Source: a virus
Virus record (IMG/VR): IMGVR_UViG_3300009151_000035
Span: 32,001-96,000 of that record
Strand: one strand, 5' to 3'
Length of the DNA: 64,000 nucleotides
Below are positions 25,686 to 36,700 of the stretch, one piece after another. How positions within the stretch are numbered: position 1 is the stretch's first letter; each line of letters opens with the position of its first letter. The translations under genes were made by a program, and so were the position numbers. The notes beneath the pieces are model-generated. The model saw only the letters and a program-made list of their open reading frames with translations. It made no database searches and was not told the DNA's origin.

Positions 25686-27914
25686 ATGTCAGCAAACATA
25701 ACACCATTTAACTCGGACGGCGGGTTTACTACAGCAGGCAATATTACTGGCGGCACTGCAAATCTTGTTGCTATCAATGGACCATCTGATGCTTTCTTTG
25801 ATATCAAAGTAACAGATTCTGGCCCGGGTGCTTCTTTACAATTAGGCGATTGGGACATAGCAGGCTTCCCTAAATCATTGGTTCAAGTTAGCGATAATGT
25901 GCATATTGTCACTGGCGTTACCACTGGTGGCGGCGATTGGAACTTTGATACTAATGGCGATGTAACAGTTCCAGGAGATATTCTTGCCCAGGAAGGCAAT
26001 GATTTAGCTGTTCAAGTTTTTAATCCTACTGCCGAAGGCGGTGTAACTTATGTTGTTCAAAATCGTCAAGTTGATCTTGACTACGACAGAACCACACAGT
26101 TTGAAGTAGCTCCGGCCAACATTATATTGTCTACCGATGTTAGTGGCAATAGATACCAATGGATTTTTGACAACACTGGTAATTTAACTCTACCAACCGA
26201 TTCGTTCCGAGTCAACTATGCCAACGGCGATCCAGTAAGTATAAGTGGCACCTATGGTGATTCAAATGTTGTATCATTGATGGGGGCATTTGATAACAAT
26301 CCTATTGGTAATATATCATCAATCAGTAATATAGGGTCAATCAATAATGTAGGGTCAATAGAAGTCAACGGCGATGGCAGCTATTATATCTATCAAAATC
26401 CCACTGGAGCAGGTGCCAGCATCGGCATGTATTATAACGAACAACAAAACGGATTTAATATTGATGCTAATGGGGTTGGCATTTATACTTCTGATGGCTC
26501 CTATCACAATTGGCTGTTTGGCACAGATGCCGTCACTACATTCCCTGGCAGTATACAAGGGTCCGAAGGGCAAACCTGGACAATTCAAGGTGGCAATAGT
26601 GTGCCTTATCAAGATAGTCCACTTAATATCAGAGGCAGTCAGGGCAATGCCTCTATAGACGGTCGTGATGTTAATATTGAAGGTGGATTTGGTAACAATG
26701 GCGGCAATGTCAATATTACCGGGGGTAGTGCAATTGGTAATATACTTGGCAATGTTAACATCAACTCCGGTGCCAGCATCTGGACATTTGGCAACACAGG
26801 TAATACCACGTTCCCAAATGGTGCAGTATTCACTGGTTACGATCTTTATGCCGCTGCCAACAGTTACATAGAACTTGCTGGATCTAATGACAATACCTAT
26901 GTGGGCCTTGATAACAACAGTGTGTTTATCCAAACAGATTGGAATAATTCGCAAAAGCAATGGACATTTGATTCTGCTGGTAATTTAACATTACCTGGTA
27001 ATTTAACATTATCAAATGGTGCAGTGATTCGAGACACCGCAGGTAACGCAGTAGCATTTGGGCTCGCTGCCGGGGCAAACACACAAGGTGCAAGTGCAGT
27101 GGCCATTGGTCTTGATGCTGGTCAAAACAACCAGGGTTTTATTTCAATAGCAATTGGAGCAGGCGCTGGTGCTAATGGTCAAGGCCAAGCTGCGGTGGCC
27201 ATTGGCACAGATACTGGAGCTAATATACAAGGTATTGAAGCAATAGCTATCGGCTTTAAGGCCGCTAATCAAAACCAAGGTCAGCAATCTATAGCAATTG
27301 GTAAACGAGCTGGTTACAATAATCAAGGCAACAATTCAATCATATTGAACGCTACCGGTGATGCGTTGGATCAAACCACTGCCAACACATTCACAGTGGC
27401 CCCTGTTAGAAATGATAATTCAAATGTTGCTGAAGTTATGTTCTACAATACCGCCAGCAAAGAAATCACTTATGGCAATACTATAAGTGTTGCTGGAAAT
27501 GTTACTGGCAACTACTTTGTTGGCAACGGAAGTCAATTGTCTGGTGTTGCTACTCAGGTAACAGGATCGTGGGACGTGCCTGTGGGCAACAGCACCCAGA
27601 GTTTCACTGTGAATAGCGGCACATATAGCATGTGGGTTGATTGCAGTATCCCCAATGGTATCTTGGTTTGGAATGCCACTGCCACTGTGACCAATACCAA
27701 CGTGCCTGTAATAGGACAACAGTTTGCCTGGGTCTACAACGGTGGCGGAACGCCCATTGACTTTACCAGCATACCCAATCAGTTCGTAGGCACTGCCAAT
27801 GCCATAGTTCGTAGCAATACGGCCCCTAGTTCAACTACCAATAGATTTGACTTTGGTATCCGCAACACCAGCGGCGGTAATGTCACTGTGCGTTACGGTT
27901 ACACTGAACTTTAA
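25686..27914 (+). CDS. Tail fibre/adhesin with YadA-head-like AVAIG repeats
   Basis: W.F...GNLT.P modules and ~15-aa repeats (QG..AVAIG..AG..N). Confidence 0.7.
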   Translation: MSANITPFNSDGGFTTAGNITGGTANLVAINGPSDAFFDIKVTDSGPGASLQLGDWDIAGFPKSLVQVSDNVHIVTGVTTGGGDWNFDTNGDVTVPGDILAQEGNDLAVQVFNPTAEGGVTYVVQNRQVDLDYDRTTQFEVAPANIILSTDVSGNRYQWIFDNTGNLTLPTDSFRVNYANGDPVSISGTYGDSNVVSLMGAFDNNPIGNISSISNIGSINNVGSIEVNGDGSYYIYQNPTGAGASIGMYYNEQQNGFNIDANGVGIYTSDGSYHNWLFGTDAVTTFPGSIQGSEGQTWTIQGGNSVPYQDSPLNIRGSQGNASIDGRDVNIEGGFGNNGGNVNITGGSAIGNILGNVNINSGASIWTFGNTGNTTFPNGAVFTGYDLYAAANSYIELAGSNDNTYVGLDNNSVFIQTDWNNSQKQWTFDSAGNLTLPGNLTLSNGAVIRDTAGNAVAFGLAAGANTQGASAVAIGLDAGQNNQGFISIAIGAGAGANGQGQAAVAIGTDTGANIQGIEAIAIGFKAANQNQGQQSIAIGKRAGYNNQGNNSIILNATGDALDQTTANTFTVAPVRNDNSNVAEVMFYNTASKEITYGNTISVAGNVTGNYFVGNGSQLSGVATQVTGSWDVPVGNSTQSFTVNSGTYSMWVDCSIPNGILVWNATATVTNTNVPVIGQQFAWVYNGGGTPIDFTSIPNQFVGTANAIVRSNTAPSSTTNRFDFGIRNTSGGNVTVRYGYTEL

Positions 27915-27941
27915 GGGTTAGCCCACGGTAAATACTAAGAT

Positions 27942-29060
27942 ATGGCAACCACACTGAATTTTCCCACCAATCCCACGCTGAATCAGCTGTATACCTTCGG
28001 CGGCAAAACTTGGATTTGGACCGGCCAAGCCTGGCGACTGAATCCACAAGGTGCTATCAACAGCATCATAATTGGCAACACTGATCCAGCTGCTGGTACT
28101 TTTACTACTCTTACAGCCGACACTTTAAATGTAACCAATGAAGTAGTTTATGCCAACTTGATCGCTGGAAATCTTACAGTTAGCAATGTCAGTGTGTCGG
28201 GCAATGTAAATTCAGCATTGAACGTGCGCGGAAATGTCACAGGTACTAATGTCATTACAGGTGGTGATGTTATTGCATCTGGCAATATCAGCACACTTGC
28301 TGAGATCAGCGCACTAGGCAATATAACAACTGATGCATATTTTGTTGGTGACGGCAGTCAACTTTCAAATGTCACTGCTGGCTCGCAGATCGTGTCAGGT
28401 AACAGCAATGTAGCTATACAAGGCACAGGTGGCAATGTTGCTGTGGGTGTTCACGGTGTATCAAATGTAGCAGTTTTTACTCCTACTGGGCTGCAAACAT
28501 CAAACATCAACGCAACAGCTAATATTTCTGCACAGTATTTTGTTGGTAATGGCAGCCAACTTACTGGTATTTTAGCTACTGCTGGCAGCCAAATTGACAA
28601 CGGTACCAGTAATGTTAAAATTCCTGGCGCCAATGCCAATGTCTCAGTCAGTGTCAACGGCACCGCAAATGTGGCAGTTTTTAGTCCCACCCAGCTGAGT
28701 GTAGCAGGCAATGTTGTGGCTAATAACTTTGTAGGCAGCGGGCAAGCACTAACAGGTGTGCTGGCTGATCGCGGTGGTGATTCAAACAATTGGAACACGC
28801 TGACTGAAATGGGTGTGTACACGGTAAATAGAACAAGTTGGTCAGGAACCAGTGGCACTCCGTTGGACAGCCAGGTTTTTGTAGGGTTATTAGAAGTGGT
28901 AAACAGCACAGATACTGCTATTACACAGGTATTTTATCCAGGCACAACAGAGCCAGGAGACCAAAAAATACAGTGGGATCGCAGTAAATGGGGCGGAACA
29001 TGGACTAGTTGGATCAAGATTGTGAATGATTTCCAAATAGTCACAGGCGGTGATTTTTAA
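27942..29060 (+). CDS. Fibre protein with C-terminal knob-like domain
   Basis: N-terminal LNFP.NP.LNQ.Y.....W.W motif, GNGSQLTG repeats, C-terminal N.LTE.G.Y...G.LEV....TQ.....R...G.W.SW knob pattern. Confidence 0.7.
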   Translation: MATTLNFPTNPTLNQLYTFGGKTWIWTGQAWRLNPQGAINSIIIGNTDPAAGTFTTLTADTLNVTNEVVYANLIAGNLTVSNVSVSGNVNSALNVRGNVTGTNVITGGDVIASGNISTLAEISALGNITTDAYFVGDGSQLSNVTAGSQIVSGNSNVAIQGTGGNVAVGVHGVSNVAVFTPTGLQTSNINATANISAQYFVGNGSQLTGILATAGSQIDNGTSNVKIPGANANVSVSVNGTANVAVFSPTQLSVAGNVVANNFVGSGQALTGVLADRGGDSNNWNTLTEMGVYTVNRTSWSGTSGTPLDSQVFVGLLEVVNSTDTAITQVFYPGTTEPGDQKIQWDRSKWGGTWTSWIKIVNDFQIVTGGDF

Positions 29061-29081
29061 GGCAAAAATAGGAAAAATAAA

Positions 29082-32000
29082 ATGTCGAATACAATTTTAA
29101 TCAAACGCTCAGGTACAGCAAATGCTGTTCCTGCTAGTGGCAATTTAGCACTAGGCGAGCTGGCAATCAATTACACAGACGGCAATTTATTTTACAAAGA
29201 TGGCGCCGGAACGGTCCAAACCATTGCCAGCAAACAGTTTGTATCTGTATCAGGCAATATTACAGGTGCCAATGTCAACGCTGCAGGATTGAGTCTTAGT
29301 GGCAATGTGCTCAGCCCAATCAACAGCACATCAAATATCACCACTACAGGCAATGTTGCTGGCAATTATATATTAGGTAATGGTTATTTCTTGACTGGTG
29401 TGATCACATCAGTTGCAAATATCAACCTTGGAAATTCAAATGTCACAGTTGTAAGCTCAGGTGGTAACATCACAGTTGGTGTAGGTGGAACATCAAATGT
29501 GGTTGTGTTTGCCACAACTGGGCAGTATACAACTGGTGAAATCAGTGCAACTGGTAACATAACCGGCAATTACTTCATTGGTAATGGTAGTCAGTTGACA
29601 GGTGTTGCGGCCAGCAGTGTTGATGCCAACAATCTAATTGGCAACACACTTAGCTCAAATGTAATTTACTCAAGTTTGACTTCAGTTGGCACACTCAGCA
29701 GTTTGTCAGTAAGTGGTACTGTTACTGGCGGCAATTTGTCAACAGGCGGTAACATCAGTGCAGGCGGTAATATCACTGGTGGCAATATTACTACTTCTGG
29801 CTCTAGCGGCAATATTTTTGGTGCTAATGTAATCAGCGGTACCACACTCAGTGCTACATCAGCTGTGGTCACATCTAGCATCAGTGCAACAGGCACTGTA
29901 AATTTTGCGAGCTCGGGCAATATTAGCTTAGGCAATGTGGGCAATGTTCATATTGACGGCGGATCAAATGGATATTTGTTGACCACTGATGGCTCAGGTA
30001 ACTTGACCTGGACACAAACAGCATCTACCAGTTTGATTTTCAATGGCTTCAGTAATGTAACAATTCCCGCAGCCAATGGTAATGTGTTGATCAATGCCAA
30101 TGCTGCTGTAGATCAGCAATGGAACTTTGATACCACTGGCAATTTGGCATTCCCAGGTGGCGGTATTATCTATGGTAACCCATACACACCAAGCGGTTCT
30201 CCAGGCAATACAATTACTCTTCAACCAGCAGGTTCAGGAGTTACAACTACTCAGCAGTTGTTAATCTACCCAACAGCAATGGATGGCGACCACATACACT
30301 TGACCAGTGGCAATCTGTTACAGACAGAACTATTCTTGGGTAGTGATGATTTTTATGTGAAGTTGGCCAACACTGGCAATATTGTACTCAACAGTAGTGG
30401 CAATACTGGTCAATGGGTATTTGATACAACTGGCAATTTGTCAGCATCAGGCAATATCATAACCACAGCCAATGTTAATGGTGCCAATTTCAACGGTAAT
30501 GTGTTTGGTACCACTGTAAGTGCAAGTGGCAATATAACAGGCGGTAATTTAAATGCTGCAGGATTGAGTCTAAGTGGCAATGTGCTCAGTGACTTAAACT
30601 CAACCAGCAACATCACTACATCGGCTAATGTCACTGCTGCAAACTTTGCTACCTCAGGAGCAAGTGGAAACATCACTGGGGCTAATGTTATTGAAGCAGT
30701 AACTTTGTCAGCCACTTCAGGTGTGCTCACAGCCAACTTGAGTTTGAGTGGCAATGTATTGAGCGATCTAAACTCAACCAGCAACATCACTACATCAGCT
30801 AATATCACAGGTGGTAACATACTGTTTGGATCTGGTGTTGTTAGTGGCACAGGCAACATCATCAGTGGTAATTTGAATGCGGCCGGACTGAGTTTGAGTT
30901 CAAATGTTTTGTCAGAACTGAATTCCACCTCAAACATCACTACAACTGCCAACATTACAGGCGGTAATATACTAGGCGGTTCTGGTATAATTTCTACTTC
31001 TGGCAATATAACAGGTGGAAATCTAAACGCTGCTGGATTGAGTCTAAGTTCCAATGTTGTTTCAGACTTAAACTCTACTAGTAACATTACCACAAGCGCC
31101 AATATTTCAGGCGGCAATGTGCTGTCAACTTATTTGTCAGCCAGTGGCAACGTTGATGGGTCAAATGTAAATGTTAGCACAATACTATACACTTCAAATA
31201 TCATTGGCAGAGTTGATTCTCTAACATTTGAAACTGCTAGCAATGGTAATGTTAACCTATACCCAAATGGAACTGGTAATATTGTTCTTGCTAACACCAT
31301 TATCAATAACCTAGCAGAACCGCTACAGAATCAAGACGCGGCGACCAAGTACTATGTTGATAATTTGGCATCAACTGGATTGACATTCCATGCACCAGTA
31401 TTTGCTACTACTAACACAGACTTGGCCACAGCCACAGGTGGCTCAATCACATACGCACAACCAAATGGCGCGGCAAACGGCATTGGTGCAACACTAACCA
31501 CTACTGGGTCATTTGACTTAATTGACACCGCTAACATTCAAATAGTCGGCACTAGAGTGTTGGTCAAGAACGAAGGCAATGGCGTATATAACGGTGTTTA
31601 CACCTGGTCCAATGCCACAGTTATTGTGCGTTCAACTGATACTGACCAATACGGTTCGGACAGTACAGAATCATTCAGCATCAATGATTACTTCTTCACA
31701 CAGAGTGGTAATGTGAATGCTGGTGCTGCTTTTGTTGTTAGCGCCCCACCGGGTGTTATTACATTTGGCACCTCAAATATTGAATTCAGCCAATTCAGTA
31801 GCACTCAAGTTTATTCAGCCAACACTCAAGCTGGTTTGAGTTTGATTGGCACAGTATTCAGTGCCAAAACTGATAATGTTACCACAGCATTTGATGGTGG
31901 TGGTAATATTGTTGTTAAAGCCAGTGCTCAACTCACAACACCAAATATTGGCAATGCAACTGGCACAACATTAAGTCTAACCAGCACTGTTACTGCTGGC

Positions 32001-33068
32001 AACGTTGACGCTGGATCAGGATTCATCAGCACTGGTGGTAATGTAGTTGGTGGCAATATCCTAACTGGTGGATTGATTTCAGCCACAGGTAACCTTACTG
32101 CTGGTAATATTAGTACCGCAGGTTCTGGTGGTAACATCAGCGGCGCCAATGTAATCAGTGGTATCACATTGTCGGCTAGTGGCAATGTTATTGCTGGCAA
32201 TTTAAATGCTGCCGGACTAAGTTTAAGTTCAAATGTTGTGAGTAACTTGAATGTTACTTCTAACATTGCTGGTGGAAACATTAGCACTGTTGGATTATTG
32301 AGCACAAACAATTTCAGTATCACTGGTAATGTAATTGGTAACTTGGTTCCATCTGCCAACGTAACATATAACTTGGGTAGTACAAGTTCTTTGTGGAAAG
32401 ATTTGTATTTGTCTGGCAACAGTATCTATCTTGGACCACAAGCTATCTCATCAAATGTGTCAGGAGTTAGCGTTGGATCCGGTGATTTTGCGGCTGGCAA
32501 CATAAACACCACTGGTAATGTTTCTGCTGTTGGCAATGTTATCGCTGGCAATGTCACAACTACTGGGCAGTTGATATCCACTCAACCAGGTAACGCAGCT
32601 GATGGCGGTGGACAAATATTCCTTAACGGGTCTGGCGATAACAGAATTGATTGGGCAGCAGTGGGCACAGGCGCTCCGGCATTTACCACAAGAAGTGCTG
32701 GTACAAAACTAACATTGTATCCAACATTATCTGGCAGTCTAACAGACTATGCTATAGGTATTGACTCAGCCACAATGTGGTTCAGCGTGCCTGAAAATAC
32801 CAGTGGTTTTAACTTTACTTGGTATGGTGCCACAACACAAGTAGCAAGTCTAAGTGGTACTGGCGTATTTTCAGCAGTAGGCAACATCACCGGCGGCAAT
32901 TTGTTAACTGGTGGAATAATCTCTGCTACTGGCACTGTTACTGCTGGCAACGTGTTGTTTGGGTCTGGCTTTGTGTCAGGCACAGGAAATATCACAGGTG
33001 GAAACATCTTCCAGGGCAGTTACCAAGTGCTAGACACAGCATCTACTGTAGACGGTGGACTATATTAA
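29082..33068 (+). CDS. Long Gly/Asn-rich fibre protein (Mtd-N-like N-terminus)
   Basis: ILIKRS.....P....L..GELAINY.DG.LFYK N-terminus, GNITGGN repeats, DAATKYYVD module, C-terminal VDGG.Y. Confidence 0.75.
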   Translation: MSNTILIKRSGTANAVPASGNLALGELAINYTDGNLFYKDGAGTVQTIASKQFVSVSGNITGANVNAAGLSLSGNVLSPINSTSNITTTGNVAGNYILGNGYFLTGVITSVANINLGNSNVTVVSSGGNITVGVGGTSNVVVFATTGQYTTGEISATGNITGNYFIGNGSQLTGVAASSVDANNLIGNTLSSNVIYSSLTSVGTLSSLSVSGTVTGGNLSTGGNISAGGNITGGNITTSGSSGNIFGANVISGTTLSATSAVVTSSISATGTVNFASSGNISLGNVGNVHIDGGSNGYLLTTDGSGNLTWTQTASTSLIFNGFSNVTIPAANGNVLINANAAVDQQWNFDTTGNLAFPGGGIIYGNPYTPSGSPGNTITLQPAGSGVTTTQQLLIYPTAMDGDHIHLTSGNLLQTELFLGSDDFYVKLANTGNIVLNSSGNTGQWVFDTTGNLSASGNIITTANVNGANFNGNVFGTTVSASGNITGGNLNAAGLSLSGNVLSDLNSTSNITTSANVTAANFATSGASGNITGANVIEAVTLSATSGVLTANLSLSGNVLSDLNSTSNITTSANITGGNILFGSGVVSGTGNIISGNLNAAGLSLSSNVLSELNSTSNITTTANITGGNILGGSGIISTSGNITGGNLNAAGLSLSSNVVSDLNSTSNITTSANISGGNVLSTYLSASGNVDGSNVNVSTILYTSNIIGRVDSLTFETASNGNVNLYPNGTGNIVLANTIINNLAEPLQNQDAATKYYVDNLASTGLTFHAPVFATTNTDLATATGGSITYAQPNGAANGIGATLTTTGSFDLIDTANIQIVGTRVLVKNEGNGVYNGVYTWSNATVIVRSTDTDQYGSDSTESFSINDYFFTQSGNVNAGAAFVVSAPPGVITFGTSNIEFSQFSSTQVYSANTQAGLSLIGTVFSAKTDNVTTAFDGGGNIVVKASAQLTTPNIGNATGTTLSLTSTVTAGNVDAGSGFISTGGNVVGGNILTGGLISATGNLTAGNISTAGSGGNISGANVISGITLSASGNVIAGNLNAAGLSLSSNVVSNLNVTSNIAGGNISTVGLLSTNNFSITGNVIGNLVPSANVTYNLGSTSSLWKDLYLSGNSIYLGPQAISSNVSGVSVGSGDFAAGNINTTGNVSAVGNVIAGNVTTTGQLISTQPGNAADGGGQIFLNGSGDNRIDWAAVGTGAPAFTTRSAGTKLTLYPTLSGSLTDYAIGIDSATMWFSVPENTSGFNFTWYGATTQVASLSGTGVFSAVGNITGGNLLTGGIISATGTVTAGNVLFGSGFVSGTGNITGGNIFQGSYQVLDTASTVDGGLY

Positions 33069-33083
33069 TAGTAAATATGCTCA

Positions 33084-33758
33084 ATGACAAATACAGTACA
33101 GCTCAAGCGGTCAAATGTAGCTAATGCAGTTCCGAGCGCCGGGAATTTGGTTGCCGGCGAGCTGGCCATCAACTATTCTGATGGCAATTTATTTTACAAA
33201 AATTCCAGCAATGTAGTAACAGTAATTGCCAGCAACCAGTTTGTGTCAGTCTCTGGCAATATAACTGGCGGCAATTTGATTACTGGCGCCGGATCGGGTG
33301 GCAATATTACAGGTGCCAATGTTATCTTAGCCACAACATTAAGCACAAGTGGCAATATTTCAGCGTTTGGAACTGTCCAAAGCGGCAATGTAATTTACAC
33401 CAATGTTGACGGACTGGCAAGTCAAGTATTAACCACATACGGTAATGGCGTAACCTACTGGTCAAACGCATCGGGTGGCGGCGGCGGAAACGCCATTTCA
33501 AACGGTAATAGTAATGTAGCAATTCCAGATATCAATGGCAATGTTCAAGTTGCTGTGGATTCTGTGGCAAATTCTATTGTGATGGGTGCGGGCAGCCTGT
33601 TTGTGCAAGGTCCAATTTCAACACCCAAAGTGATAAACACCCTAGCTCTAGTGCCAAATGTGGTAAATGCTGTGATGATTAGCCCGTTAACTATATCGGC
33701 TGCGGGCAACATTTTTGTGCCTACAGATTCTACTCTCACAATCTTTACTCCAACATGA
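33084..33758 (+). CDS. Short fibre protein, paralogous N-terminus to ORF 29082
   Basis: VQLKRS...P....L..GELAINYSDGNLFYK. Confidence 0.7.
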   Translation: MTNTVQLKRSNVANAVPSAGNLVAGELAINYSDGNLFYKNSSNVVTVIASNQFVSVSGNITGGNLITGAGSGGNITGANVILATTLSTSGNISAFGTVQSGNVIYTNVDGLASQVLTTYGNGVTYWSNASGGGGGNAISNGNSNVAIPDINGNVQVAVDSVANSIVMGAGSLFVQGPISTPKVINTLALVPNVVNAVMISPLTISAAGNIFVPTDSTLTIFTPT

Positions 33759-33786
33759 TGCTAAATATCAAATACGAGGATAAATC

Positions 33787-36700
33787 ATGGCAATTCAACT
33801 AGACGGCACAACTGGAATTTCAACAACTGGCAACATTGTTGCTGATGGCTCTCTTGTAGTTGGCAGTTTTAATCCTAGTGCCATCAATGCTTCCGGCAAC
33901 GTAGCTGGACTAAACTTGAACACCAACGGCAATTTAAGTGTTGGCGGAAATACCATTGTTGCTGGGGATTTAACAGTTGTAGGAAATGCGTCACTGAGTG
34001 GTAATATTGTTGGTGACAAAATCACCAACGGAACCACCAGCGTAGAAATTCAAACTCCTAACGGCAATGCCAACATCACAATTGGTGGCACATCAAATAT
34101 TGCTGTGTTTGCCACAACTGGTGCATACATCACTGGCGTCATAAGTGCCAACGGAAACATCACCGGTGGCAATATACTAGGTGGTGCCAATGTTAACGCT
34201 ACAACTCACACAGGCACTACAGTATCGGTAAGTGGAAACATCACCGGTGGTAACTTGAATGCCGCAGGATTGAGTCTGAGTTCAAATGTTGTGTCTGCAC
34301 TTATTTCAAGCAGTAATATCACAACTACTGCTAATATTTCTGGCAATTACATTTTAGGTAATGGCAGTTTGCTTTCTGGCATCGATGCTGCAAGCATTCA
34401 AAACGGCACAAGCAATGTGCGAGTGGTAAGTTCTGGTGGCAATGTAGCTATCAGTATAGGCGGCACAAATAATATAGCTGTGTTTGCAACCACAGGTGAA
34501 TATATCACTGGGTTGTTAAGTGCTAGTGGCAACATCACAGGTGATAATCTTAATACTGGCGGATTGATTAGCTCTTTGGGAAATATCACTGGTGGTAACT
34601 TGTCTGGCACAAGCATCACAGGATCTGTGGTTAGTGCAAGTGGCGATATAAGAGGGGCTAATTTATTTACAAATGGAACTATATCTACGAGTGCTAATGT
34701 GATTGCTCGTGGCTTAGTAAACGCAAATGCAAATGCTAGTGTAAACTTTTATAATGGTGGAACTTATTCTGCCAACATTATTTTATATCAAGAAGGTGCA
34801 AACGGCAACGTGACTGTAAGAGTTGGCGAAAGCACACTCGAAAGTCCTGGAATATTTGGATTGTTTGCAACTGGGTCAATTGGTGCTACTCAAAATATAA
34901 TTTCAGAAGCCAATATTGTTCAATTTGGAAATAGTAGCACTTGGGTGCTGGCAAAAAATGTAAGTAGTGCAGGAGTAGTAAGTGCATCTGGTAATGTAAT
35001 TGCAGACAATCTAAATGCCGCAGGATTGAGTTTGAGCTCAAATATTGTGTCGGCACTTAACTCAACCAGTAATATAACCACAACTGCCAATGTCAATGCA
35101 GGTTATTTTGTTGGCACTTTTGCTGGAAATATTTCTGGCAATATTACCGCTCCAGGTTTGAATACTCAGATTCTATTCAATGATAGTGGAAATGCTGCTG
35201 GAGCAGCAGCCTTTACATTCAATAAAACTTCTAATACAGTTAGTGTGATTGGAAACATCAGCAGCGGTAACGTTGCAACAACCACACAAATCAGTGCTGG
35301 TGGAAATATTATCGCTGCAAATATTAGTACTGGTGGATTGATCAGTGCTACTGGAAATATCACAGGTGGTAATGTCAACACTAACCGTGTGACTGGCACT
35401 GCACTCACACTCATATCCACTGGAGACTTAACACTTAGCACCACTGGTAATATCAATGCCAACAACGAATACATTAACAATGTTCCACAACCGCAACAAG
35501 ATGGTGATGCTGTTAATAAGTTGTATGTTGACAATTTAGTAACAACTGGATTCAATTTTCACCAACCTGTAACAGCAGCTACATATACCACATTGGCCAC
35601 AGCCACAGGTGGCTCAATCACATACACACAGCCAAATGGCGTGGCCAATGGCGTGGGGGCAAAGCTCACAACCACTGGTTCGTTTAATATAATTGACACC
35701 GCAAACATTCAAACTGTTGGTACTAGAGTATTGGTCAAGAACGAAGCCAATGCGGTATACAACGGTGTTTATGTATGGGCCAATGCAACCAATATTGTGC
35801 GCTCAACTGATACCGATCAGTATGGCTCGGACAGTGCAGAATCATTCAGTATCAATGACTACTTCTTTGTGCAAAGTGGCAATGTGAATGCTGGTTCTGC
35901 CTATGTAGTTAGTGCGCCAGCAGGCACAATTACATTTGGTACTTCAAATATTGAATTTAGCCTATTCAGTAGCTCACAAACTTATACTGCTAACACATCA
36001 GCAGGTATCAGTTTAGCTGGCACAGTAATCAATGCATTGGTTGATAATGTTACCACAGCATTCAGCAGCGGCAACATTGTGGTCAAAGCCAGTGCTCAGC
36101 TCACAACACCAAATATTGGTGCTGCCACTGGTACCAGTTTGAGCGCAACCGGTAATATCACCGGTGGCAATTTGTCGGGTACCAGTATTGCGGGCACATT
36201 GACCACAGTCAGTCAAACAAATATCACAAGTGTTGGTACACTGGGCTCATTATCAGTAACAGCCAACACAACCACTGGTAATTTACTAACCGGTGGATTG
36301 ATCTCTGCAACTGGAAATATTTCTGGTAATTACCTCCTAGGCAACGGCAGCCAACTTACTGGGATTGATGCTACATCAATACAAAATGGTACATCAAATG
36401 TTCGTGTGGCAAGTTCTGGCGGTAACGTCACAGTTGGCGTAGGTGGAACAGGTAATGTGGTTGTGTTTGCAACCACAGGTGAGTATGTAACTGGTGTGTT
36501 GAGTGCAAGTGGAAACATCTCAGGTGGCAACTTGAATGCCGCAGGATTAAGTTTGAGTTCAAATGTTGTATCAGCACTCAACTCAACAAGTGCTATCACC
36601 ACAACTGCCAACATCTCAGCTGGCAACTTTATTGTCACAGGCATTATTGTTGATACAACTGGTAATTTGGACCTGCAAACAACTGCCACAAACGGCAATA